Source: Psammoneis japonica
Lineage: Eukaryota
Assembly (NCBI GenBank): GCA_008632985.1
Contig: QPGO01000159.1
Location: 62,001 to 126,000, forward strand
DNA length: 64,000 bases
Direction of reading: 5' to 3'
Made by a program: the position numbers and the translations under genes. This document shows, in pieces, positions 11,271 to 23,355 of the stretch (position 1 is the first letter of the stretch; each line of letters begins with the position of its first letter). The notes under the pieces are model-generated. The model did no database searches, was not told the DNA's origin, and saw only the letters and a program-made list of their open reading frames with translations.

Positions 11271-14200
11271 ATGTCCGTTGCTCTCCCTCCCTCCCAACCA
11301 GACGCCACTGTCCTCACATCTCCTGAGAAGGTGAGGGCCGTCTTCATGGAGACCAAACACCGCGAAGCTTTCAACTTGATTGCCTTTGGCATCAAGGACA
11401 ACCAATTTGATGATGTCTCGCTTGTGAACAACTCCAAGTTGATGCTTCGTTCTGAGTGGGAAACAAGGGTTCGAGCTGTCAAGTTCTGGAACACCGGATT
11501 AGATGGGCTTGACAAAAAGGAGTTCCGCAAGCAATTTGGCAACCAAGCTTACTCCTGGGTTCGCACCCACCTTGTAGAGACGAATGACTTTGGTTGCAAC
11601 ACTCTCTTCCGAATCAAGAAGAACTCCGACGGAGAGATTGTTTCAAAGCTCGTGGTTGTTCACCTTGAGCAGACATTTGATGTCGTGGCGCAGCACCATC
11701 ACCAGACAGGCGGTCATCTAAAGCTCGCACGCACATTCAATGACATAAAGAAAAAATACTACAATGTCACTGAACAGCTGGTTTCCCACTACATTGATCT
11801 GTGCCCCACTTGCAGCAAGGCCCAGCCGTCTGTGGCAAGAGTTGAGGGGGCTCGTGTCCCAATCGTGAGCCGGAGTTTTCGTGACAGGTTCCAGATGGAC
11901 CTTGTCGACTACCGAAAGGACCCTCGCCAGTTCTACCCAGGGGACCCAAACTCCCCGACCATGAAGTGGCTCATGGTTTTGAAAGATCACTGCACCAGGT
12001 TGCTCTGGACCACTGACATTCCCTCCAAGGAAGCAAAATGGGTTGCCAAGGAGTTCTGCCACATTTGTTCTTTGATCGGCTACCCCCTTGTAAGCCACAC
12101 AGACAACGGGAAGGAGTTCACAGCAGAGCAAGTGACTGAAGCCATCCAGGAGCTCAACCCGTGCTGCAGCACTGTCCAGGGTGGTGCCAGAATGCCTTGG
12201 CACCAGGGTTCCATGGAGCGCTCAAACCACCCCATTAAATCGGCCATCGCTTTGCTTGTCGAGGAAGAGATCCGCAAGGGAAACACCAATGCATCATGGG
12301 TGACGGAGCACCCCAAGGCAATGGCATCTCTCAATGTTTCCCTTCAACTGTCGGGTGGCTTTGTCAAGCACAAGACACCGTGTGACCCTGGATGATGGCA
12401 CCACACCAAAGTGTGTTTATCCACAACTTGATTGCCCCAGGTGCTGCCTGTCGGGCAAACCTTTCAAGGTTGCATGCTATGACAACGATTACATCCACAA
12501 CAGCAGGAGCAGAAGCCGATGGTTTGACACACAATTTGTCTCAAGTTTTGCACAGTTGCTTGCACACGAGGGTCACCCGCAAAACACGAGGATGCTTCAC
12601 GTCATGTATGGGGCAACGTCCTTGGCTCAACTTCAAGGGTCGTTGAACAGCCAACCAATCTCGCTTTCAGGGTCAGTCACAACTCTCTGCTCCGTAGCCA
12701 ACCGGTCGTCACATTTTGCTGTGCTTAAATTTTTGTTGCCACAAAAAACCGTTCAAGTTTTTGAGGGCCTTGGGTGCAAACTCACCACCTGGAATGACGA
12801 AATCATGTACGCTCTCAAGAGGTGCGGCCTTGTGACCAAGGATTCTCAAGCAAGACGCGTCTTGGAACATGAAGAGAATGGAACTCCACCAGCAGCCAAG
12901 AATTGTCGTTCAGGTGCATGGAAAGTGCAAAGAGGAGAGGTGTCAGCAGCTCAAATGGACACCCACAGCTGTGGCCCTCGTGCTTGCGTTTTACTTTGGG
13001 ACATTCTGTCACCCGGAACAATGCCCTTGCCCTTGCAATTGTTGTCTCCTGACAATTATCGCCTTGCTGTGATGAACAAGTATCACGATCTTTTGGAAAA
13101 TGAACAATCAAAAGATTTGCACTTTCTCCAAAAAGTCAAGGGTGTCACCGTTGACTGGGAAGAAGAAGAGCATCATCCAAAAGTTCCCGACTCTGATGTT
13201 GTCATGATTGACCAAGAAGATCCCACAGTGCCTCAAAGGATTCGTTGTGGATTGTGCCTTGACTAGGAGCTTCCGGTGGACACGGCGCTTCATTGCTGCC
13301 AACTGACTTTGCATTTGCACTGTGCGCTGGGCTGCCTTGACTCTGACAGTTTGTGCCCCTGCTGCCACTCAGAAATTGACGAGGCTTGTTTCGAAAAACT
13401 CAATGACGACGATGTCAAGTTGCTTCTGGCGGGGTCTGCAGCAGAATCATCCTCACAGGTTCAAGATTGTGGGAAGCATGGAAAACTGTCAGTTGTCCAC
13501 AAGACAGAAAGTGTCTCGGACAGCTCAGAAAGGAAGGAAGACACAGACGACGAGTTGTCGCAGTCACCCTGCTATCACGAGAAAGAAAATCCCAAGGGCT
13601 CGTTTCTGAAAATAGGAACACAAATAAGGTTCAAAAGTGGCAGCTCTTTTTGGAAAGAACGCAAAGCCACAATTGCCGGATTCCACAGAAACACGGTGGT
13701 GACCTCTGAAGGCGACTGGCTGCAATTCAAGAGTGAAAAGGAGGAAGATGAAACCATCGAAGAGTGGGAACAAGTTGATGTGTATGATCCAGTAATTGCC
13801 TTGGAGCCACCGCCAGGTGACCAACCCATTTACATGTCATTGCGACTGTGGCATGTGTGCATTGACAAGGACTTGCAAGAGTGGTTGCGGGAAGCAAAGT
13901 CGAAGCGACCAACAATTTATGACCAACTCATTGCCAAAATAACAAAGGAATATGGTGAAGGCAGTGCCTGGGCCGTTGCCAGACCAACTGGTGTCGCAGC
14001 AAAACGTCAAACAATTACCAAGATGAAGGACTTGGGAACCATGCCTGAACCCAAAACAGGACCTCCATGCAAGATCTGGAAGCTGGATGGTGGCACACCA
14101 ACCAGTGATTTGCTCCCAAACGACGATCATCAAAACCGCAGAAACAAGAGAGCACGCAGTGACAAACTCGCTAAAGATCGTCAAGAACGCAGTCACAAGA

Positions 14201-14580
14201 AAATGAAGGTGCGGTTTGAAAAAAGTTGCTCTCTTGTTCCCGGCTGTTTGGTCAGAATGAAGGTGGACAAAAGAGATCGCAACAAAGGCAACTACATCGG
14301 AATCATTGGCGTGGTGTATGAACAACATCCGGAGAGCATGTCGGTCAAGGTGGTGACAGAAGGTGGCATCATATCCACTTACAACAAACCAAGAAACATT
14401 CAAGCAAGAGATTACAGCCCTTTGCGGAACCAGCATGTGCCGGTGGCCGAAGCACTTGACAAGTGGCAACAAGAAGTCAGGGACGGCACGTTCGATGAAT
14501 CATCTTGTCCAAAGATAAGTTTGAAGAAGGCCCACAAGAATAGCACAGGAGACCAACCCAACAACATCGATCAAAAATAG
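11271..14580 (+). pseudogene. Ginger-like transposase: H2C2-integrase core, Ulp1-type cysteine protease, RING-like finger, C-terminal SH3-like tail
   Basis: HHHQTGGH...CPTC; DDE in FQMDLVD, HTDNGKEF, GSMERSN; protease SHFAVL..FEGLG..QMDTHSCG; CGLC..HCC..HLHC..CPCC; frameshift near 12340-12390; in-frame TAG at 13264-13266. Confidence 0.8.
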
Positions 14581-15495
14581 TTTTGTCGCACCATCACGTG
14601 TTGCTTTTCACTGCGAGGTAAACCCCCTCAACAACTTTTCAACTTTTTTCATCATTTTAACTTTAGGCTGACGTTGTCATAAGACTGAATGGAAAGTTTC
14701 TACATAAATAATAGACAAAATTCGGTCATTAAATCAATCGTTAAATGATTATACCCACCGCGCTGCTAGAGATATTTAGTGCAGTCATGGTTTGCACAGA
14801 CAAAATACTCTATAAATCGGTCATTCAATGACCGATTGCCTATTAGTTAAATAAAAATCGAATCGGTCACAGTCATTGGAGCAAAAATGAGGAAATAAAC
14901 GTTAATTAGCCGTTATTCTGGTCATTTACATGAGACAAAAAATAACGACCTGGAGGAAAAAAGGGTGCTGCTGCAGCCGTCGCGACGCCACCATGAATGG
15001 GTCCATGCGTCACGACACCAAACAACAGGTGCTGTCCCTCCACCGGTGGATTCCCCCCTTCCTCCTTCGATGGCACATGTGCTGGTGGAGGCGGTTCTTC
15101 TGGTGGCATGTCAATCGGAAGTATGAATGGTCGGTTGGTGCCACGTCGACATCATGCGGTAATGTAAAACAACAGGTCAATGGGCGGTAGGTGCGTACAA
15201 TGTGTACACAGTCTTACTTGCATGTAGAAAATATACTGAAATGCTCTGTAGGAAATTTTCTACTTTTTTTCATCATTTTAACTTTTGCATGACGTCATCG
15301 TAAGACTTTGCATGTTCCAAAATTTTGAATTGAAAATTTCGAATCAAATTAACAAACAACGGTCATTTAATAAATCATTGTGTAGTAATTTGGTGACTGT
15401 ATGTTAAACATTTTCAGATTCTTAAGAAAAAAAATATGATATTTTTAAGAATGCAAACGGCATTCTTAATAATCCGTGCCGTTGAATCTTGTTAA

Positions 15496-16030
15496 GGTAA
15501 TCGCAGAACGAAGGGGTAAAGGCACGACAATTTGATTTTTCAGGATTTTCTACTGTACGAGAAACGCGTAGCGCGCTACGCGCCTCGTCGCCAATAATCG
15601 GCGATGTGACGGTGGTGCATTGTCGTATCGATAGCGATGACAGCGACGTGTCCCAGAGTCTTTTGTCGTTATAGACATTTAGTTTATTATGTTTAACAAC
15701 GTATTCAGTCATGAAAGTCCCCGCGAGCAACCTCCATTAGAGCGCAAAACGTCATACCAATAAGGAGCTCTGTTTTTCGACCGTCGTTTTATGCATTCGA
15801 TTATCGAACGATTATGAGTTCGTCCGGGGGACTTTCTTCACATATATGTGTTCTACATAGTGTAATTGATTAATGTATTAAGTGCCTATCGCAAAGTCGT
15901 CCTCTATCAGCGTCTGAAAATTGTCATTGTCATCGTCGGCGTCGACGGCAATTTGTCGCGCAAATCGCAAAAAATGCACGACTGTCATCTGTCTGACATT
16001 GCGCTACTGGTCGCTCGTTGTGCGCATACC
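15496..16030. mobile_element. Kolobok-like non-autonomous element (535 bp)
   Basis: TTAA on both sides; imperfect TIR GGTAATCGCAGAACGA / revcomp GGTATGCGCACAACGA. Confidence 0.75.
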
Positions 16031-16899
16031 TTAAAACGAGCAGGACGAGCTAGAATTTATCACTCAACGGAAATCCGATTCTCGAGAATCGGAATTCGGA
16101 TTCTTAAGAATGGGAATTCACGACTTTCGTCGTGACAGATCCAATCCCCTGTGTATTTGGTAATCTCTACAGAACCGCGGAAGTAGTATGACGAGGAGTC
16201 CGTGGATTCTCTACTTAAGACTGTATAGGCTCTACATAAATCAATATTTTAAAACCTACTGCGTGCATCATCAAGAGCTGCCAAGCAACTCGACCCCACC
16301 ATGACAATGAAATACTACGGCATTGATGCTCATTCCGCCTTTTATGAAGCACATATGGTTACCAAGAAACAACAACCAACAGCAAAAAAAAGAACAGGTT
16401 CCTTCCTTTTGATACAAGCGGCAAGTTCGTGATTGATTGTTGATGTGGCTGATCAATGATTTGGCAGCAAAACATGCCTTCAGCATGGGACACGCCGCTT
16501 CCGATGACATGAGTTCATTGTCATGGTTATCTCATATGACTTATTGGTGATTTTCACTCTGTGAGACTCGGAAATTGACCCGAATGTGCCGCATCATGGT
16601 CATCGCGGTCGACGACTCGAGAGGTCGGTGGTAAAAGCACATTTTCCTCGCACATGAGCCATGTAGAAATCATGCAGAAAAATGGTTCTTATTTTTGGAT
16701 AGAGGATCTATGTAAATTCGAATGCAGATGTACAGCCAAATAAAAAAACATGCGGGAAGCACTCTTTTCAGGTAAGTAAAAAACATAAAGAGGGGAAAAA
16801 TGCAACCGTCGCTCCGCAAGACTCAAGAGACAACACAAAAAAGGGAGGGCCGGCTTGCAATGGCGTGCAAAGCAGTGTGACCACGGCATGGTGAGTGCA

Positions 16900-17720
16900 G
16901 GCAAACACACAACACAAAAAACAACAAAGAATCATTGCAACTGTGCCTCAGAGACAGACCAATCTGAGCAAGTGGATGGCTGATGATCAAAAGGCCGGCA
17001 GAGACATCATCAAGGTAAGAGATTGTGTCAAAGAAGAGGCTTTTCTGAGCATCGCACTCACACTTTATGCAACGAAACAGGTGCGCTGCACAAAAACAAG
17101 TTTTGCTGCGAGTTTTGCAGGGGGATTGATGTTGCAGACGGCCGATGATCAAAAGTCTGGTGGAGACATCTTCAAGGCAAGAGATCTTGTGTCAAAGAAG
17201 AAGCTTTTCTGAGCACCGCACTCGCACTTGGTGCAAAATGACCAGACAAAACAGGCAAGCTGTACAAAGACAAGCTTCACCATAAGTTTCATTGGAGAAT
17301 TAATGTTGCGCAAGATTCAAAACTCACACCAGCAGCACAGCCATTTCCAACGACACAGGGGCGGGACAAGACAAGAGAGTGACTCTCAGCTCTGATGGGT
17401 GTTGCGAACGAGCTTGAGAGCATCGCCGACAAGGGGCTCATGCAAAAGGAGGACATTGCAAAGAAGAGAAAGTGTGCAAGATGGCTCAAGCACTTTGTGC
17501 TAAGCAACTCGTGCCCGGCAAAGGAGGGCGCAGGAGGAGACGATGCACGGCACCAAGGAAGAGCAGCAAGGGAGGGGATGGTTGCCGAGAGCCAACAAGT
17601 TCTTCAAGGAGCCGGTCATGGAGATCAAACGCAACATCATGAGTGAGCAACTTGGTTGATGGGAAGATTTGTGTAGAACACGGCTGGGGTGACAAGGGGA
17701 AGATCCCACATGGCGAGCTG
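16900..17720 (+). pseudogene. Decayed paralog of the Plavaka-element ORF at 35269-36660
   Basis: SKWMADDQKAGRDIIKVRDCVKEEAFL vs SEWIADDAKVMRDIAKVRDHVKETLFL; KRKCARWLKHF vs KRKSVRRLKHF; GWLPRANKFF vs GWSPKANKFF. Confidence 0.8.
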
Positions 17721-18272
17721 TGCCAAGGTCGGCAAGCTGGAGCTGATGGTGGTTTGGCAGATAAAACCCATGATTATAATTTCGTTGTTGTCCAACTCGA
17801 GCATTCTTACATTGTAGAAGCTGCACTTTAGACGGCCACTTGAACATTTCGTGTGGATGTAGGGCCTAAACTTCTTGAATTTCACCGTGCAGATTGGATG
17901 CACCTCCCTGGATTCGAACCCACGGACATTTATTGGAGGTGCGCGACATTTTATTCGAACCAACGGACAATTATTGGTTGGTGTGGACATTTATTTATTT
18001 TCAATTGTAAATAGTCACAAACGTTATCACAAACAATGTCCATTGGTCAGACCATAAGACAATTCATGGAAACGGGCCTCTGATGCCAGGAGCACTCTCA
18101 ACATAGACCTTTTTTCTTTTCAAGTTCGACGGACAGACTGGGCGACAACCGGAATTTGGGTGAAATGATCTCTCAATTTTTTGACTGCAGCCGTCATCGG
18201 AATGACAGCGTTCACCATGTTCTTTTCATATCTTGCGATTCGCGGTCGCAAGGGCAGGAGCCGCCACTCCTA

Positions 18273-20468
18273 ATGGGAATCAAAGGGCTGTTGAAGCAGC
18301 TCCCTGGGGGACGTGACAAAAAATCAAAGTTCTCGTCCTTCGCTAACCTCAAAAACAAGCAGACGCCTGTTCATTTGGACACCGGTACACTTGTATTTGT
18401 TTGCGCCGTTCGGCACCGTGAGAAATTCTGTGCTGGGAACTTTACTCCTTCACTGCAGGAGTTTCATAAGACGGTGGTATTTTTGCACTCGATTCTCAAG
18501 TGGGACATCAAGCTGGTTTTTGATGGGGTTCCGCCAAAAGAGAAGGAAGCGGAGCATGCACGTCGGTATGCTGGTGAGAATGGGAATGCTGCTCCCCGGA
18601 TTCCAGCTCTATTCATTGCAATGTGTGCTAAAATATGTGATCGATACTACATTCCTTTCGTGGTGGCACCGCTGGAAGCTGACATGCAAGCTGGTCGGGG
18701 CACTGAGTCGGCGGTTATAATGTGTCGAGACTCGGATCTTGTTGGCTGTGGCGCTGGGAAGATTCTTATTGTAGACAGCTGGGGAAAGGAAGACCTCAGG
18801 TTCATTGATATGGACACACCGCTTACAGATGATGTGGCAAACAACTATCCACTTTATGCCGCGATGAAGAGATATGGTATAATTGTCGTGCACTGGTGGG
18901 CCGCCGTGATGGGCTGTGACGTGACAGAGAATGGGAGTGGAATACGTGGCATTGGACCCGAGGCGTTTTTTAAAGCTTTGAATCTTTGTACTGATGCCGG
19001 ATATGAAAGCTTAACCACAGATGATTTTGCGGCGGCTTTGTGGAATTGCTCGGCGGGCAATGTCGCGGGGAACCATTCGGTAGAAGGTATCGTTGCGTCT
19101 TTGACACATGTCGTCGATTGGTTTACGAAAGGTGGAACGTATTATGATGGTAACGGCAACATTTGTTCAATAGCTGGTGGTCGTTTGGTTCAGCAGACAT
19201 CAATAGAACTTCGTACTCACATGACTGGAAAGTCCAACCCACGTACAAAGACGGCGTTCAGCAAAGACGAGCAGAAGAAGCTCGACGGCTTTCAGCCCCA
19301 CAACATTCGACACAACTCCATGCAATCACGATCTAATATTATTGGTATTGGCCTTCCAGACGGCAAGAGCATACTGCAGGATTGCACTTGCGGTCAGTTG
19401 AACAACATGGTGTTAGCACGCGGTGGAAACGTCACGGGGAAAGATGGCGGAGCTTTGAAGAAGGCGGAGCTGGTAGCTCACCTAAAGCGGTATATGTTTA
19501 TGGAGAAGCAGAGACCGGTCACAACAGCTTTCTTTGACCGAAACAAGCACACCAATGGAATATTTTCAAAGATAGACACGAGCCACAACAAAACAACCCC
19601 AGACATACTGCAGCAACTTGTTAAGGCACAAGGCTTCGAGAAGGGGCTTCGTGACTTCTTTGTGGATATCAACAAGCTACACGAGGAAGGTAGATTTACT
19701 GATGACTTTGACACAATAGTGTCTGAGGCTCCAGAGATGCATCCAGACTTTATTGTGCGGGAGTTTCAGGCCATTGGTAACGAGCAGAGCCAAAAGAATT
19801 TATCGGAGGCGCTGAAGCGGGTCCAGGAGTCGCAGGAGTTACTCTATCACGCGATAGCGTGGTCTTCAAGTAAAAAATCAATTTACGTTCTTTCCAAATG
19901 CCGCGCGTCTCAGCGAAAAGAGGAAAAGACTAGGAAGCTCACTGGATTGGGAGAGAAGCCGCTGTTCCAGGAGTATTTGGTGTTGTTACAGATAATTGTG
20001 GAGGAAACAACTTATGAACAAGACGGACACACTCTTGGGCGGTTTAGTCGATTGATGCGCCATTACTGTGCGGCATGTCAAGCTGGATGTGGTTTGTGCT
20101 ACCATAAAGCTGTTGCAATGTGGACTCAGTATCATCATTGGGGTATCGGACGACCGACTCCCAAACCCGCAACTCTCTCGTCTTGCTCTTGGATTGCTGG
20201 AATGAAAGGGCCAAGGTCGTGCAATGTTACCAATTCCGATTCAGACCTGATGATTGAGAATCTTCCAGGAACTCAAGAGGCAGCAAAAGCAAGGATTGCT
20301 CGAGACACAAAACGCTCTGCAAATGAAGGATACCCTGGTAAGTATGACATTTTCCTTGGAAAACCCGAGAAACGTCAGAAAATGGATGATCCCAACTACA
20401 CCCATATTGACAGGCTTTCGCCGTTGTTCAAGGCTATTAGGGAGGCAAATCGGAATGGGTTGGAGTAA
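18273..20468 (+). CDS. Exo1/FEN1 (XPG/PIN-fold) 5' nuclease fused to SAP-like and SWIM zinc-finger domains, 731 aa, intact
   Basis: MGIKGLL start; acidic motifs VHLD, VFDG, PLEAD, RDSD, MGCD; H3TH GIRGIGP; SAP-like CGQLNNMVLARGGNVTG..KKAELVAHL; SWIM-like CAACQAGCGLCYH. Confidence 0.88.
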   Translation: MGIKGLLKQLPGGRDKKSKFSSFANLKNKQTPVHLDTGTLVFVCAVRHREKFCAGNFTPSLQEFHKTVVFLHSILKWDIKLVFDGVPPKEKEAEHARRYAGENGNAAPRIPALFIAMCAKICDRYYIPFVVAPLEADMQAGRGTESAVIMCRDSDLVGCGAGKILIVDSWGKEDLRFIDMDTPLTDDVANNYPLYAAMKRYGIIVVHWWAAVMGCDVTENGSGIRGIGPEAFFKALNLCTDAGYESLTTDDFAAALWNCSAGNVAGNHSVEGIVASLTHVVDWFTKGGTYYDGNGNICSIAGGRLVQQTSIELRTHMTGKSNPRTKTAFSKDEQKKLDGFQPHNIRHNSMQSRSNIIGIGLPDGKSILQDCTCGQLNNMVLARGGNVTGKDGGALKKAELVAHLKRYMFMEKQRPVTTAFFDRNKHTNGIFSKIDTSHNKTTPDILQQLVKAQGFEKGLRDFFVDINKLHEEGRFTDDFDTIVSEAPEMHPDFIVREFQAIGNEQSQKNLSEALKRVQESQELLYHAIAWSSSKKSIYVLSKCRASQRKEEKTRKLTGLGEKPLFQEYLVLLQIIVEETTYEQDGHTLGRFSRLMRHYCAACQAGCGLCYHKAVAMWTQYHHWGIGRPTPKPATLSSCSWIAGMKGPRSCNVTNSDSDLMIENLPGTQEAAKARIARDTKRSANEGYPGKYDIFLGKPEKRQKMDDPNYTHIDRLSPLFKAIREANRNGLE

Positions 20469-20713
20469 CAATAACAATAGGAACAAAGCCAAATTATTTA
20501 TGTGCTTTCGCCTGATAATAATACGACAGCAATGTTGTACATTGATGGGCTTTCGCGTAAGAATGATACGACAGGGCCCTAGTAGCATTGTAGATTGATA
20601 GGCTTTCGCCGTTGTTGAGGCAGATTGGAATGGGTTGGAGTAAGTACAGCGCAAAAATAATAAATCGGAATGTGGGTTGGAGTACGAATAATGCTAAAAT
20701 AATGCTGAGAACA

Positions 20714-23107
20714 TTACAGTGACTTTAGTTCACCCTTGAGCTTTGCTGGCCAATCCTCCACGAGTACTTTCTCTGACACTTCCAGGTCTGTCATTTCCTC
20801 ATTGCTTTGTCAAATCTCTCGCCATCGCTCAATCTCCTTCTCCATGCCCCACAGCTCAACATTGGGTCTCACATCCACCAATCCGCTATCGTCCCCTCCA
20901 TAGTACCGAATCTCCACACAGCAAGGCCTCCCAATCTCGTGGTCATTCATTCCATCCCGCTCTTGGATGAAACCAACCTTGAAGTTTTGCATCAGATGCC
21001 CGACACGGAATATGATATCAGCCAAACCGAGTTGAAGCAACTTTATCTTGTCGTTAAAAAATCGAGTAGACTGTTTCATTTGGCCATTTGCTTGTTCGAT
21101 CGGGATTCTTGTTTTTCCAACTTTCTGTGTCAATGCCGTATCTGCCTTTGATTGCTGTGTTTGGTTATCAAGTTTTTTTTTAGGGCGAATGCAGATTATG
21201 CCTTCCATGGCGCACTCGTTGTCAATTAGGAATCCTTTGTCGACTTCCACTGCATACCCGAATGGAACCTGATCAAGAATTTTTGTTACAATAGTCTGCA
21301 CTGGGTCACTGATGCCACCGGGGTTTCCTCATGGGATCGACTTGTGCCATGTTGTGCCAATAGGGTCGGAACCCACCAGCCACTTCACTGTCGATCCATG
21401 CTTGTAAGCCGAATACAAAGCGGAGTTCATTATTTTCATCGACGCGTTTTGGGCACCTTCTTCAGTGGCATCTAGAAGCATGCAGATCAGCGCATGACCA
21501 AATTTGCGAATCACACTCACGGGATATGCCTGCAACATTTGACTCCTTGTCGGTGTCGGAAATAGGCGCGCCAGTGCGTCGTTTAACAGGTTGGCCCAAC
21601 CGTAAACAATGTCAGACACAAGGCTCGGTGCCTGTATCCCAAAAAGCGGACAAATCTGTCTCATGGTAAATCCACAATGAGCATACACATTGAAGACTAG
21701 CCACTCAGTCTTCCAACACAGAAGCCGCTTTTTTCCGCTACCTTCACGGTTACCGCCGTGTTTTGGGTCAGGATTTTCATCCTCCACAATATCCATCATC
21801 GAATCGTCTAACGGCACATAGAAATCTGATTCATTTCTGCTAGCCCGTGCTGCACGATCCCTCTCATGATTCAATTTTCTTTCATCCCAACCCACCTTGG
21901 AGTACCGTCTGATATTCTTGCACAAACCGTCACCTGGATCACATGCTTCACCGTAGTTAAGAAACTCGAGAAATGCTTCGTTGCATTCAAAGGTTGGAAA
22001 GTATGTATAGTCTCCAACAAAATTCTCCAAGGAGCCACCAGGCCTTAGATCATCATAAGAGAGAATTGCACTGGCAGTCTTTGCCTTTAAATTCTCGATA
22101 GCTTGCTTCTTATAGGTCTCTTTCTCCTTGTCTGATTTTTCAAGTGCAATTCGGAGCTCACTGCCCTGTACCTCCATCAAAGCTTCTACCTCCTTTGTTC
22201 TTGCCAGTGAGCTTTCAAGCTTTGCCTTCAGGAGAATGAGTTCCTCCTTTAAGCTCTCATGATCTTCCACGTCTACACTCAATGCCTGACGTTTGCGTGC
22301 TTGATGATTTTCAATGTTGTCGTCTCGAGATCGTTGTCGCGGCATCACAGCCCGCACTACATTCTGCTGGTTACTGTTGGCATTGACAGGCTTGAGTGGT
22401 CTCCTTTGTAAAGTTGCCATCTTAGACACCCAGACCGGCAATCCCTTTACTTTGGCAGCGCAACTCCGCCCATAGCCTTGCGTGGAGTTCCTCACTTCAT
22501 CGATATACTCCTGCGGATTGCAATTTGGAGGCGGAAACGAATACGAGTAGTTTTCTCCATCTTTGTACTTTTCACGCTCTTGAATTTTCCACCTGCCATC
22601 TTCAGACTGATGCCGGTTGTGACGGTGGAGGTGCCAAGGAGCGCAGCGCAACTCATCCGGCTTCTGTGGCAATTTCTTGATCGAATCTTTTCCAACCCCC
22701 AGCTTTCGCAAGAAAAGTCGTTTTTCATCAGGATTTGCAGGAAGACGAAACATGCCAAAGTGAGAGTGTCCAATGCCTTCGCAGACTGGATTCTCACAAC
22801 AGCAAATCGCCGGTGCCGATTTGCCGTTGTACTGTGGCATGTACTCGGGTCCAAGCAGGTAATGACCTCGTCGCCCCTTTTTTTTCGGCTTCCCTTTCCC
22901 ATCCGTCAACCGAGGGTACCAACCACGGCCATGAACAATGCAGAGCCCATGGTGTTGATAAGCTGCCGGGTAAATACAACTTTTTCCACTTGTACCCTTG
23001 CAAGTGAACTCAGTGAACGACACCAAGTCCAACGCACTGTCAGGGACGCCAAGAGCTTCTGCCAGTTGCGCCCGAGACCCAACCGAGCCAAAATCAACAG
23101 CACTCAT
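20714..23107 (-). pseudogene. ISL2EU/HARBI1-type DDE transposase with THAP-like N-terminus; one frame with two in-frame TGA stops
   Basis: CCENPVC..MFRLP..LRCAPWH (THAP-like); LLDATE, YSAYKHGSTVKWLVG, GGISD, VDKGFLI, TRIPIEQANG; TGA at 21329-21331 and 20810-20812; frame ends at TAA 20714. Confidence 0.9.
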
Positions 23108-23355
23108 TGCTTTCAGCAGTGAGATTATAGACCATGCGTAGTTTTGCTATACATCATTCATTCAACAGGACGGCAGCTGCTGTGACTTGCTCTTCGTCTC
23201 CGTCAAAAGTCATAAGAAGCATAATATGATGACACTGATGTTGATGTGCTGCAGTCTGCAGTGAAAATTGAAAAATGAAAATTTAATTCAAATTTCCGGT
23301 TGTCGCCCAGTCTGTCCGTAAACAGGCCAAAATCTTGAAAAGAAAAAAGGTCTAT

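Larger units (their letters stand above)
10959..16137 (+). mobile_element. Ginger-like (retroviral-integrase type) DNA transposon
   Basis: TGTTACGACGA...TCGTCGTGACA termini; 4-bp TSD GATC; subterminal palindromic GATTCTYRAGAATC motifs at both ends; integrase without RT or LTRs. Confidence 0.85.
10445..18085. mobile_element. Internally deleted relative of the Plavaka-like element at 34789-48697, in opposite orientation
   Basis: Ends CATCAGAGACCCG...CGGGCCTCTGATG; 10445-10482 matches revcomp of about 48660-48697 and 18061-18085 matches revcomp of about 34789-34813; carries a paralog of the 35269-36660 ORF; flanks do not form a TSD (CA vs CC). Confidence 0.75.
18105..23353. mobile_element. ISL2EU-like (PIF/Harbinger-related) two-gene DNA transposon, 5249 bp
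   Basis: Perfect outer TIR AGACCTTTTTTCTTTTCAAG plus inner TIR block ACGGACAGACTGGGCGACAACCGGAA; 2-bp TSD AT; convergent nuclease and transposase genes; inserted in a decayed Copia. Confidence 0.92.

Noticed and set aside
11271..14580. LTR retrotransposon or Polinton integrase
   Set aside because: No RT, LTRs, polB or capsid; short TGT..ACA TIRs with a 4-bp TSD fit a Ginger-type element
18273..20468. Ordinary host EXO1/FEN1 gene
   Set aside because: Lies inside TIRs and TSD beside a transposase and carries SAP-like and SWIM domains typical of the ISL2EU partner protein
20714..23107. In-frame TGA codons as selenocysteine or an alternative genetic code
   Set aside because: CGA-to-TGA deamination is simpler in this CpG-decayed context; TAG stops and frameshifts are also common in the window
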